DNA of 64,000 nucleotides. It comes from Podarcis erhardii (taxonomy: Eukaryota). Under the pieces are notes generated by a model, which saw only the letters and a program-made list of their open reading frames with translations, was not told where the DNA came from and ran no database searches. Where the stretch lies: NCBI GenBank assembly GCA_964252035.1, contig OZ176206.1. One strand, 5' to 3'. Made by a program: the position numbers and the translations under genes. The stretch's first letter is position 1; each line of letters opens with the position of its first letter. Below are positions 1 through 12,100 of the stretch, piece after piece.

Positions 1-181
1 AGAAGATTTAGACATTTATGAAAGCAGTAATTAGAATGGACTCCTAGGATCCCTGACCCCAGGCTGCCTCCTTCTGCCTCCTCTGCCCTGCTCATGGCAC
101 CTCTTTTGTCTCTCAGCTTCCAGACCACTGTATTTCCTAATCCACTGTATTTCCTAATCTAACCTCTGATGTTCCTTCCAG

Positions 182-3100
182 GTGGTCACATCTGATGTCT
201 TGCAAAAGGCCTGGATCCTCATTCTGCACATGGTGAGCTCTGTGGTGGGGCTGCACTGACCATGCTTGGGTGTGATCCTCAGAAAAGCAAGAGGGCGGTG
301 CCTATTTCTAGTCAGGCACCAAGGATAAGAGCTCCCAAAGCAGGAGACTTCCCTCCTCTTGGGTGGGACGACCTGCTCCTAATCCTCAGCCCAAGTACTT
401 GGAGGCTGTGCCTTCGGCCTGCTCCCTCTGCTGCTCTGCTATTCTGCTTTCCTTCTTGCCAGGGCCGGGACTTCCTATTCGATGACTGCAGTCGGGCATT
501 CACCTGCCTCCCCCTGGAGGAGCCTGCGGCCCCCACTGAGGCACTCATCTGCAACCTGGACAGCCTCCTTGCAACCCTGATGCACCAGGTCAGTGGGGCG
601 GATCCTGTTTCAGTGCCTTGGTGGGCTTTGCCCTGGCCCTGCTGAGATTGTGGGCAAGCCTTCCACTCACCTCCTCTCCCTGCCAACCCCCACCATGCCC
701 TGCAGGGGCTCAGAGGTGCTGCTCCTGCTCCTACAGGCTCAAATTCCTCCTCCTTGCCTCCATTTCCAGGTGTGCAGAGGCTCCCCCCCAGGGGTCTGGG
801 TTTCCAGCACAGATATGCTTCTCACAGTCCCAACCATGACAGGTGAGGTGTATGGGAGGCCTCAAGGACTGGCTGGGAGAGAGTGGTGGTTCTTTGCAAG
901 CCGGAAGAGGTTACGTCCTGAGGAATAGCTGAAAAGTGCCTTCTTTCTCGTCCCCTGATTCATTTTGAGGTGTTCCTTTAATTTTGATATCTATTTTGGG
1001 AGGTTGTGGGTGGGTGTTCCTCTATGGGCAAGACTTGCCAAATCTGATGTAAAGCTGGACACCTCCCCTCCCCTCCCAGAGATCGACTGGCATGGATTCC
1101 AGGGGGTGAGAGTCATTGCTGTGCCCGGGAGCATCTCCTATGCCAGGCAGCATGGAGTCTACCTCGCTGACACTCAGGTACCTCGCCCAAGGCCTCTTCC
1201 GGCAGCCACCCAGTTGCCCCTATAACCCCCTGCCTGGGGCAGGCAGAGGAGCATTCTGGTTGACCCTTTTGGCACTTGGGCTGGAAAGCCTCTACAATTC
1301 CCAAAAGTAATGGACAACAAGTTTCAGGCCCAGAGTTCTTTTGGGTGTTTTTCCCTTTGATGGCATCATTCTCCTGGGCTGCTTGCTTTCCTCCAGGCAT
1401 TGCTAGACTCCCACTCCCATCTCCCCTGGCCATTAACCATGGTGCTTGCGGGGTCTGATGGGAGCTACAAACCCAGCAGCATCTGAAGATGCCTCTCCTC
1501 ACTTGCCCCACTACTTTCATGGGTCCTGTAAGAAGACATAGTTGTGTATCTTTCCTTCCAGGGCAGATACTGTAGATGTGGTTTGGCAGATGCAGCCCAG
1601 ATCAGGACTGTGGAGGAGACAAAGGGTGAAAGCCTCAGTCTCCGGGCTATGATGTCAGAGAAAAATAAAAAATTAAAAAGCCAACAAAGTGATTAGCACC
1701 GTGTCTCGTTAGGCCCTCCTCTCACAGATAATTGCTGCCCAAGTTCATTAGCTGTTGATGCTCCTTGGGGTAACTCTGCTCATCCTTGTCCCTCCAGGGG
1801 GTGGTGCAAGACATCTTCTACCAAAGCCCCGAAGACCAAATCCGGCAGTGCGTGGGGCCAGACGGGAAGGTCCCACTGGTGAGTTCTGGGCCTGGGCTGG
1901 AGTCACAAGAAGAGCCCTGCAGCTGGATCAGACCCATCTAGTGCAGCATCCTATTCTCTGTTGAGTTTCTGGATGTGTGCTCAATGTCTCCAAGACATGA
2001 GTCACTATAAATTGTCGGGGAAGGCTGTCGGAACCCCCTAGAGCTGCATGTTGGTGGGAGGGACAAGCTGGAAACGTTCCTGTCATTTGCCTGGGGGTCA
2101 TTCATGCCCCCGGCCGACCCGACATTCTCACCATAGCCAACCAGATGCCCCCAAGGAAAGGAAGCCCCCAAGCAGGACCCGAGTGAAACTTCACCTTTCC
2201 CATTGTTATTCCCCATCATCTGGTATTCAGAGGTAGACTGAACCAGAACAAATGGCAATCTGTGGAAACCCAAATTGCTATGTATTCTGATTCTGCATCA
2301 AAGAGCTGGTTTTCCTGTGAAAATTGGGGGTGGGGGGGGAAGCATGGACCTGTGGCTAGAAAGTGCAGGGCAAAAATTAAGTGTGGGTGAGCCCTCAGTT
2401 GCAGGGCAAGCCTGCTGCAGAACCATCTGCCTAAAACTCTTGAAATCTCACTAGTCTGCAGGGCTGAAAACCCTAGAAAAGCTGAGCTTCTTATTACCCC
2501 TGCAGGTGTGTGGGGTTGTCTTCTTCTCCTCTGAAGCAGCGGAGCAGCTTCTGGCCACCCATGTCATCCCACCCCTTGATGCCTGCACCTACCTGGGACT
2601 GGACTCAGGAGCCCCCGCCATCCAGGTGAGGCCCTTAAGAAGAGGCAGGTTAGGGAAGAGGAAATCACCTGGGTGGCTGCAGATGAATCTGCCCAGGTGT
2701 GAATGCAGCTGGTCTGGGGGAAGTCCTGAGTGGCCAGCAGCAAGCCCCTGGCCAGACACCCCCACAATGGATGGTAGCAGGGTGAAGGCCAGGTGAGTGA
2801 GCTGTGGGGCTTTGGGCCCATTGAGTCAGCCTTCAAAAGGACAGTACAACCTGAGTTTGAGGTCAAAGTGCTCTTGAAGATTGTCTTAAGAGTTGCCAAG
2901 TCAAGCTGGGGGGCAGCTGACATGGCATCCTCTTGGAATACAGCTCCCGCCATCTGCAGCCAGCACCTGGAGGGCACCAACTGGGGTCTTCCCAGGCCCA
3001 GAATGGGCTGCTGCCTCCAGTCAATGCAAGTGATCCAGAGGAGGTCCCCAACACCACCTCCTAGCACATCTTCTCCTGGGCAAAGCATTTCCCCTGTTCT

Positions 3101-6100
3101 CCAACTGCAGCATTGAGTTGTTGGGAGAATGTGCTCCCCCCCTCCACTTCTTCACAGTAACAGCTATTTTGCAGGAAGCAGTGCTGTGAGGATTGTGGGC
3201 ACACTAGTGTTCTCAGGTCCTATTGCAGCTTTGCAAGCCCTTCAAGGCTTCCCTGCCATGGTGAATTCTTCTCCATTTGAGTTACCTCTTCCCCTGGTGG
3301 GGTTTTTTTTTTTGAAGCTCAGTGCTCCAGCTGCAAAATGTTGGGACGCCCATGTGCACCAAAATATGCTATAACAGAGCTGCAGTTGTGTTGCCCGCTC
3401 CCCATCTTCCCCTATGAGGAGGCAGGTGGCATTGAGGCTGGGCTGGCTTTAGCGTTCCGATTGCAGTGATGGTTTCTTGGGCATCGGGAAGAATGCCTCA
3501 AGCTGCCAAGGACATCATGATCTGACCCCGAGAGGGCTTTATTGCATAATCTGTCACAAAAGCGTTTTCTTCATATCTCAAGGGTCAAAGAGCTGCCTTG
3601 CACCATAGATGGCTGCCCTGCAACTGCAGCCCCAGAGTACTGCCAGCCCCAGAGGTGTTCTTAGCCTGCATTAGAAACCAGGCTTTTAGTATTGCAGCAT
3701 AAGCTCTCTGGAATTAATTCCCAACCAAAAACATTCAGGCCCCCCCTGAGATGACGTTTAAGTGCTTATGGAAGTCGTTTTTGTTTAGAGGAAGGCTTTC
3801 CCTGAGGTGTAACCTTACCATTTGTGGAAGATCAATTTTGTACCTGATGAAATGTTTTCTTTAGCGTGTGTGTGGAAGATCTGAGTTTGTTTAACTGATC
3901 TTATTGTTCTCAGAGATTTGTGTCTGCATCTTGTTCTGCTTTCATCTTGTATTCGATGGAATTTATGCCGTGATGCAGTCTGTAATAATAATTGTTTGTG
4001 GTCTTCCCCCATCATTTCTTTCTACTCCTGAATCCTGGTAGCTTTTTGCAGGTGTGTGTGTTTGTGTGGTGGAAGAATGGCTTCCCTCCCTCCCTATTCT
4101 TGTGACTTATACAAGTGAGGCTGCCTTTGGCCAAGGAGGAAGCAGCCTAAACAGTATTCAGTGTTCCGGCAAAACTGTTTCCCCCTGAAGCAGCTATTCC
4201 ACCTCTCAATGGGCATTAACAACTATAATAAATGGGTTTTTTTGGGGGGGGCAATTTGAGAAGCCCCTTCTCTCTCTCTCTCATCTCCTTTTCTGTATGC
4301 AATACCCTTTTTTGGGGGGGGGAATAACACCTCCCTAATACAGAGACCGCTGGAGCTTGCACAGCTTCCCTCTTTCTGCACTTTGCGGAACAGTGAGTGA
4401 GCTTTCGTGTGAGCCCAGAGATCCTCCGCTACTAGCCATGATGGCTATTCTCTGCCTCAACCATCGGAGTTAGAACCCTTCTGAATACAGTGGTGCCTCG
4501 CAAGACGAAAAGAATCCATTCCGCGAGTCTCTTCCGTCTAGTGTTTTTTTCGTCTTGCGAAGCAAGCCCATTAGCGGCTTAGCGGATTAGCGCTATTAGC
4601 GGCTTAGCGGCTTTTAGCGGCTTTTAGCAGCTTAGCGGATAAGCGGCTTAGCGGCTTAGAAAAAGGGGGGGAGGGGAAAAAAGTTGGAAAAACTCGCAAG
4701 ACATTTTCGTCTTGCAAAGCAAGCCCATAGGGAAATTCGTCTTGCGAAGCACCTCCAAAACGGAAAACCTTTTCGTCTAGCAGGTTTTTCGTCTTGTGAG
4801 GCATTCGTCTTGTGGGGCACCACTGTACCAGTTGCTAGAAACCGCAGGAGAGAAATGTGCTCTTAAAAAAAAAAGTTTTTTATTAAAGATTTTCTTGTGG
4901 AACAAACAAGCAAATAAACAAAAAAAGGACATATAGTGTCTCCACTTTCAATTCATAAGAGTCTTTACCATAGTTTGTTTGCATTCGGTATGAAACACTG
5001 TTGTTATCTGCATTATGCAGTTGGGAGAAAAGAGAGAGGAGAGAGAGACAGGGCAGGGAGAGACGGTAGGGATAATGATTTTCTGTTTCGTAATGTTTGT
5101 ACAGGGTGTTTGTGTCAGCATCATGTGCTTCGGTCCTCTATCAGAGCTCGGCTGATTGCAATGTGATTTGCTTGTATGCGTGAGAATGGGGTCGTTGGGT
5201 CAGATTAGTCATATTGATTCATATGTTGTTGGGTTGGATAGGTCATTATCTTCTTGGCCTCTATATGTGATAAAGGGGAGCCACACTGGGGTGAAGGTGT
5301 CCTCCTTTGCCTGTCCCCATGCTACTTTAAGTTTGTTGGTGCTCGGTTCCTGCTTGTGGGTTTCTCCCAAGCATCTGGCTGGCCACTGTGAGAGCAGGAG
5401 GCTGGATGAGATGGCCCACCGACCTGATCCTGCAGGCTTGCCTTATGCTCTTAAGCCTGCTTCCTTGCAGATCCCCACAAGCCCCTCTGGGTAGCTTTTA
5501 ACTTGAGACAGTGTTCCTTCAATCTCTCCCACCCACCCCATTTGTTCTTCCAGTCAGTCCATTGCACAGCTTGGAAACTGTCCCTCCACTTGTCATGATG
5601 TGCAAATGCTTTGCTTGGGTGTCTCCTTGTGGAGCCAGATCTTTCCCTGTCCAGAAGACTCATTCGCCCCCTCCTTGTTCTTCCCCCATGCCAGCTCTCT
5701 CTCTTCTTCGACATCCTGCTCTGCATGGCCCAGGGAGTCAGCGAAGAGGCCTTTGTGAAGGGTCAGAGACCAGGGATGGGCAGTGGCGACAATGTCCAGG
5801 AGGCAGGGTCAGAGAGAAGTGCCCGTTCCGTGCTGTGGAAAGCTCTCCATGCCGTGCCTCTCACGATGGGTGAGGTTGTGAACTTGCCTCGTCCAATGCC
5901 AGCCAGCCTCTCCAGCCTGATGCTTGGTGCCCTCGAGATGTTTTGAACTTTGACCCATCGGCTGTAGCTAGCACAGCTATACAATGCTGGGGCTGATGCG
6001 AGTTGTCAAAAACATCTGGTTGGTGAAATCGGCCTCCCTTCCACCATTTGGCGATGCTGCTTTTCTGGGGCAACGCATCGCTTTCTGTCCTAGGGTGTGG

Positions 6101-9100
6101 GCAAGGGTGCCCAGCGGGGAGGCAAGGGGCACACTGCACACAAAATCCTGATATCTGCCTCCAGGGAAACAAGCCTGCATATCTCTCCATCTCCTGCTCT
6201 GTAGTGGCTGTTTTCCTGTGGCAGGAGGCAGAAGAGGGGCTGCCATCCTGAGCCCTGGGGCAGACAAAACACATTGGCTTGTATAGGCATCTAAGTTCTA
6301 CTCACAGCACACCAGAGTCAGCTGTGTCTATTGATTTCAGTGGGTCTACTCTGTGCAGGACTTGAGCTGGCTACATAACACGTTTCTGGCTTCCCTCTTT
6401 TGACCTTCCTTCTCGAGGCCTTTGGAGGCTTGTTGGTGTGGGATACCCTCTGAGGTGCCAATTGTGGCCTCTGGCTCCTCCCTCTCCACAGCGTACATCC
6501 CTGAGGGTTGCTATGACTACATGACCATGTCTGCCAGCGACCACATCCACCACCTCACACCCCACCCAGGCAATGCCCGCAGCAGGTCCTTCCGCAAAGT
6601 GGCACATTCCCATGTGGCTGTGAGTACAACCCTTGGTTGGGGGATGCCTCAGAGGCTCTTGAGTGCCTTGTTTTGGTGGGAGGGTTCCTCACGCCACCCC
6701 AGCAGCCCTTCTCTGCAGCACAGTTGTGTGTGTGCTTGGCAGGGTGGGGCAGCAGGGGAGTTATGCAACTGGGTGAAGCTGAAGTCTTGAGACAACTTTC
6801 CATAATTAAGATTCCAAAATTCTGGTTTTCTTGTAATTTAGAAGGTGTTGGCACAAACTGAGGACAGAAGGAGCAGCTGTTGCCAAAGGGGAAGGGGCAA
6901 AGAGCTGCTATGGGGCTCATATGGGGCAGTTGCTTCTGCTAAGCTCTACTCTGGGCCTTCCATTTCACCTGATGCTGCCCCACTTGATTGCATGTTTTGC
7001 TCCCCACCCATAAGGACTAGCAGCTTATGTAGGCAGAGTCTACCAAGGCTGCCTGGACTTCCCTGCCTCACCATGACCCCTCCTTCTCTTTCTTCCCATG
7101 CAGGAGCCTCAGCTGCTGGCTGAGGGCTGCTCTGTCACCAACAGCCTCTTGGAGGGAGCAGTGAAAGTGGGGCCTGGGAGCGTGATCCAGCACTGCCGCT
7201 TGAAGGTGGGCCATGCTGGGGATGGGAGTAAGAAGTTTGGCAACTGCCCTTGTTCTCTGCTGAGCGCCAGAAGTTCTCTCTCTGGCGACACAGGGTCATC
7301 TTTGGTGGATTTGGAACAGGAACCAATCCCAGAGATGGTATTTAAGGCCAAGCCTTGAGGTTTGGCAGCATCAGGCCCAGGGCAGGAGATGATATGAGGA
7401 GGACAAGGACCCAAGGTTCAGTATGGTGTAGGGGTTAAGATGGTTGAACTAGGACTTGGGAGACCAGGGTTTGAATCTCCCACTCAGCCCTGAAGCTCAC
7501 TGGGTGGCCGTGGCCCAGTCATGGCCTCTCAACCAGACCTACCTGACTGGACTGCTCTGAGGATAAACTGAAGGGGTGGAGAACTACATCCGTCACCTTG
7601 AGCTCCTTGGAGGGAAGGAGGGGGGCAGAAATGCTGTAAACAGGCTGCAGGGAGCCAGAGCTGTTGGTGTTTTGCCTACCCTCGTTTGCTTTGAGAGTTC
7701 AACTCTCCCCAGCCAGCTAGTTGCCTGACACACAGGCAGACAGGGTGACTTGGCTGCAGCAACCTTGAGTCAGGATCTCAGGCCTGCTTTCTCCAGGTGG
7801 GCTTTGCCCTTGGGCAGTGGGCAAACAGTCTCCCCTCTCTCCCAGCTGTCCTGCTAACTTAGAGACCCAAAGAACAAGCTCCGTGTGGACTCCCTGCAGC
7901 GGCAGGAGAGCTGAGTGTGTGTCACAAATGCCCGAGTCCCCTTGGTCTTTTTCTCCAGGGTCCTTTGGAGATCCACACTGGCTGCCTCCTCACTGGGCTG
8001 GACATGACATCCTCCGTGGCCCTCAGGAGCTACCTGCTTCGGGACGTGGTTGTCCAGGGACACATTGTCAGGCTGAGAGGGATCTCTTGCAAGGTCTTCA
8101 CCCTGAGTGGGCATCATGATGATTGGCAGGTGTGTAACAGGAGTCTGCTTGGCCTGGGAGGAAGGAGCCTGTACAGGTAGGAGGCACCTTGCAGGTCTCT
8201 GGGGAATCCCACTCCCCACAGCAACTCTGCTTCTTCTTTCAAAGAGCTGGGGGTGGCAGTTTGTCTTGAGGCAGGTGACCTCAAGAACCCCAGAACTGTC
8301 TGCCCCATCCCACCCCGCCTCTATTCTCTTGGTTATTCCTCCTTCTCTGAGACGCTCACACCTGCCCTCTTCTCTCTTTAGAGTGTGGCAGAGGAAGGCG
8401 GCACCTACCTGAACATGCCCTGGAGTGAGTTTTTCCTCCGCACTGGAATACGGTACGTGTGCAGGTCCCAGCCCATTCTCTTGAGGGCCCCACACATCAG
8501 CCACCCCACCCCCACCCCGTGTTGTGGAGCTGCTGCTCTGCCTCCATTTATTTTATTTATCTACAATTGCCCCTGAACAGTGTATGAAAAGTACAACAAA
8601 AAACCACTGTGCCGCTTGGACTTGCCGATCGAGAGGTCGGCAGTTAGAATCCCAGCGACGGCTAAAAAGATATGGGTTTAAAAATTAGTGGTTTGCAGGG
8701 GCGTTGATTAAGGAAAAAGAATAGAATTATCAAAAACTATGGGAAATATGGGAATGGATTTGTTGATAAGATAAATGAGATTAGAATACAGAAGGGGGAG
8801 GTGTGAGGAGGTCGGTGAAATTAGGTTTAGAAAATAAGGTTTGAATTTATACTTGTTTTTGGTTTGTTTGTTGGTTTATGTATGTTTTTATTGTTGTCTG
8901 TGTTTATATGTGTTTATTCGAAACTTTAAGAAATATCATTTTTTTAAAAAAAAAAGAATCCCAGCGACGGGGTTAGCTCCCATTGTTCGGTCTCAGCTCC
9001 TGCCAACCTAGCAGTTCGAAAGCACACAGTGCAAGTAGATAAACAGGTACCGCTCCAGTGGGAAGGGTAAACGGCGTTTCCATGCACTGCTCTGGTTCTA

Positions 9101-12100
9101 CCAGAAGCAGCTTAGTCATGCTGGCCACATGACCCAGAAAAACTGTCTGCAGAAGCGGAAAAACGCCGGCTCATTTGGCCTTTAAAGCGAGATGAGCGCT
9201 GCAACCCCAGAGTCGTTTGTGACTGGACTTAATTGTCAGGAGTCCCTTTACCTTTACCTTTATAAATTAAAAATGCCTCCTTGGACACATGCTCTAGGTG
9301 CTTGGGCTCATCATTAACTAATTAAGACAAGATTTCAATTTGTATAACTGATACTCATTCAAGAGACACTTTCAGGGTGTATTTCATATTCAATGTACAA
9401 TCTGTGTTGCAAGTTTGGATTTTTGATCCTTACAGTCCCGTTAAAAATGAGAGACAAAGCAGCCTTTTTGTTCATCATTTGCAGTGGAGGACTTTACTGG
9501 TTTGTGGCCTTGTAGCAGGAAGGGCTGGCTGGGGGCTGCCACCTTCCTTCCTTGTGGGGTTGAGGCTGCTTTTCCATGCTTTGCTGGGTGGTAGTGACTG
9601 ACGTGCCACCATCCCTGCCCTGCCCAGGAGTCACGACCTTTGGAGCCCAGACACCCCTTCCAACCGCCGCTGCCTGCTGAATGCCCACCTGTTCCCCGTG
9701 CTGCATGCCTCTGAGCCCCTGGGAGTCGGGGATGTCCTCTGGCTCTTGGGCTCCCTTCTTTCTCCTCCAGGGGCTGAGCAGCTGCAGCGCTGGCGGACTT
9801 CCTGGCGCATGTCCTGGGAGGAGCTGAAGGGGAGCCTGGACCAGGAGGCGGAGCTGGCTGCCCGCAGGGCCACCTTCTTCTTGCAGGCCCAGAGCAAGAC
9901 CAAGAGGGTCCTGATGGAACACAGCAACTGCAGCCTCCTACCGCTGATCCGTTCCGCAGCCCTGGAGGGCTACCACAAGGCTATGCTGGAGACACTGGAC
10001 CAGGGTGAGACATACTGGCAGGGTGTGTGTGTCTGTGTGTCTGTGTGTCCGGGGCAGCATTTTGCCCATTTAATTGCAGGGTGCCTATATATGGGAGTGG
10101 AAGGAAGTAAGTAAGTGGGGGGCTCCTACCCAATTCCTGCCAACAGCTGGGTGAGAATTCCACCTTGGTTCCTTATGGCCGCTGCTGGATTGCCTTTCCC
10201 CCAGTCTGGGGAAACGGGCACCTCTGCTTCAGCTATTCCCAGAGTTCCCTGGGAGTCTGGCAGCTCCACCCACCAGCGCCTCAGTGAGCAGCTCCGCCAT
10301 TGCCCAGCCTGGCTGTTTTCAAAGATGGCAGACTGGCCTTGCCCATGTGGGCGAAAGGGTTCTTTCCCCTCCACTCTTCCTGGCTCCAGGGACACTTGCA
10401 TTGTGAATCCACACAAGCTTTGTGCAGACGGTTCCTCCCAGCCCTCCCATGGACCATTGGCTCTGGGGAGTTCTTGCAGACCATTTTGACACCCATTAAA
10501 ACCTCCCAATGTTGCCAGGTGTAGCCATTCCCAGGACCAGCCCAGTTTCAAGCCAAAGAGCCACTTTTCAGGCTCTGAGGCCACTTCTTGTTTGCCTCCT
10601 AGTTGCCTCCATGGCCAAAGACCCTGGCGTTGCTGCTCGATCCCTGGCTTGCATTGCTGACCTCCTGGGCTGCCTGGCCAAAGGGGAAGGGGGCTTACGG
10701 AGCGGCCCGGCAGCCAACACAGCTTGGGCCCAGGCCTTCCAGCACTTGGAGAAGGGGGACATCCCTGAGGGTGTCAAGGAGCTGGCCAAGGAGAGGAAGA
10801 AGTGGCTGGACAGGTACTGCAAGCGTGTGTTTGTGTGTGTGTAGTGATAAAGCTGTATTCCCGCTGGCCCCACCTGTCCATCTGCCTGGCAAAGGCAAGT
10901 TCTCTGTGCAAAGCTCAGTCTGCACATGACCAGGAAAACTTTGCCATCACTGCTCAAGGCCATGCTGTTTCCTGCACTCACCGGGAGCATGGAAGGAAGG
11001 AACATGCTCAATGTGTCCCCCTTTTAGCTGCTCCAGGTGGGCTGGCCTTGTCTTCCGAGGCCCCAGGGGAAGGGCAGGTGTGCAGTGGCAAAGCACCTGA
11101 GCCAAGTTCAAATCCTGGCATCAGGTGATGGGAGGTCTTTTTCCACCTGGCCTGGTTGGGCAGGTCCCTGACTGACTCCAGTTACAAAAGCTGAGGCTCT
11201 TGAACAGGCTCTTGGGCTGGGATGTTGTTGGGGGGCGGGGGCAGTTGTTACTGTTATTGATAATAATTTTATGTATATTTATTTTTATATCTCGTTATGA
11301 TTTAATGTGGGAATTGTTAAATTGGTTGTGCAGCTTCTGATGTGTTCTATTTACTGTTTATGGCTGCTTTCGTTATATTTCTAATTAAGTATGTTTTTCA
11401 TGTTGTAAGCTGCTTTGAGCATGGTTTTAACTATGGAAAGGGGGCATACAAATAAAACGCTGCTTGTATGGGACCCTCCTCTGCCAAGGTGCTGGAGAGC
11501 TGCTGCCAGTCAGAAACTGGGCTACATAGACCAAGGGTTCAATTCTGCTTCTGATGTCCATGGGGTATTGCAGAGCAGATGCCTGGGCCCATGAGGGCCT
11601 TTGGAGTTGTGTAAGGGACAGAGGCTCACAAGTGGCCCTCCAGAGCAAGCCTGTGGTGGCAGACAGAGGATGGGAGAAGAATCTGGGGGCCTGCATGAGA
11701 GAGAGCTGCCTCTGTCCTGGAATGCCTCTGAGTGGAACTCACCCCACTGAAAAAATGGGAAGGAGAGTTTCCTTCAGGATGGCCTCTGTGTGGGCAAACA
11801 CAACTGAGACGGAAAAGCACTTGGCCAATCAAGCAGCCTTCGCCAGCCTAGGACTACAACTCTCATCAGTCCCCGCATAATCTATGACCATGCTGACTCA
11901 CAGCATCTCATGCTGATGGAAGTATTGGACCACTGCAGGGGACCCAGTTGGAGAAGGCTGTTGGCAGAAGCAGCCCAAGCAACCAGAGACACCCTTTTCT
12001 CCTTCCTTGCAGGCCTGTCCTCCTTGTTCGCGCTGCTCGACACTATGAGGGTGCCGAGCAGATCCTCGTCCGCCAGGCTGTGATGTCCTCCTGCCAGTTC

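Noticed and set aside
125-158. 17-bp tandem duplication ccactgtatttcctaat x2
   Set aside because: A simple local slippage duplication in an intron; no evident function.
10561-10602. Alternative FCSK acceptor (ttttcag) 31 nt upstream of the used one
   Set aside because: It would frameshift; the downstream AG gives the continuous FCSK frame and nothing supports use of the upstream site.
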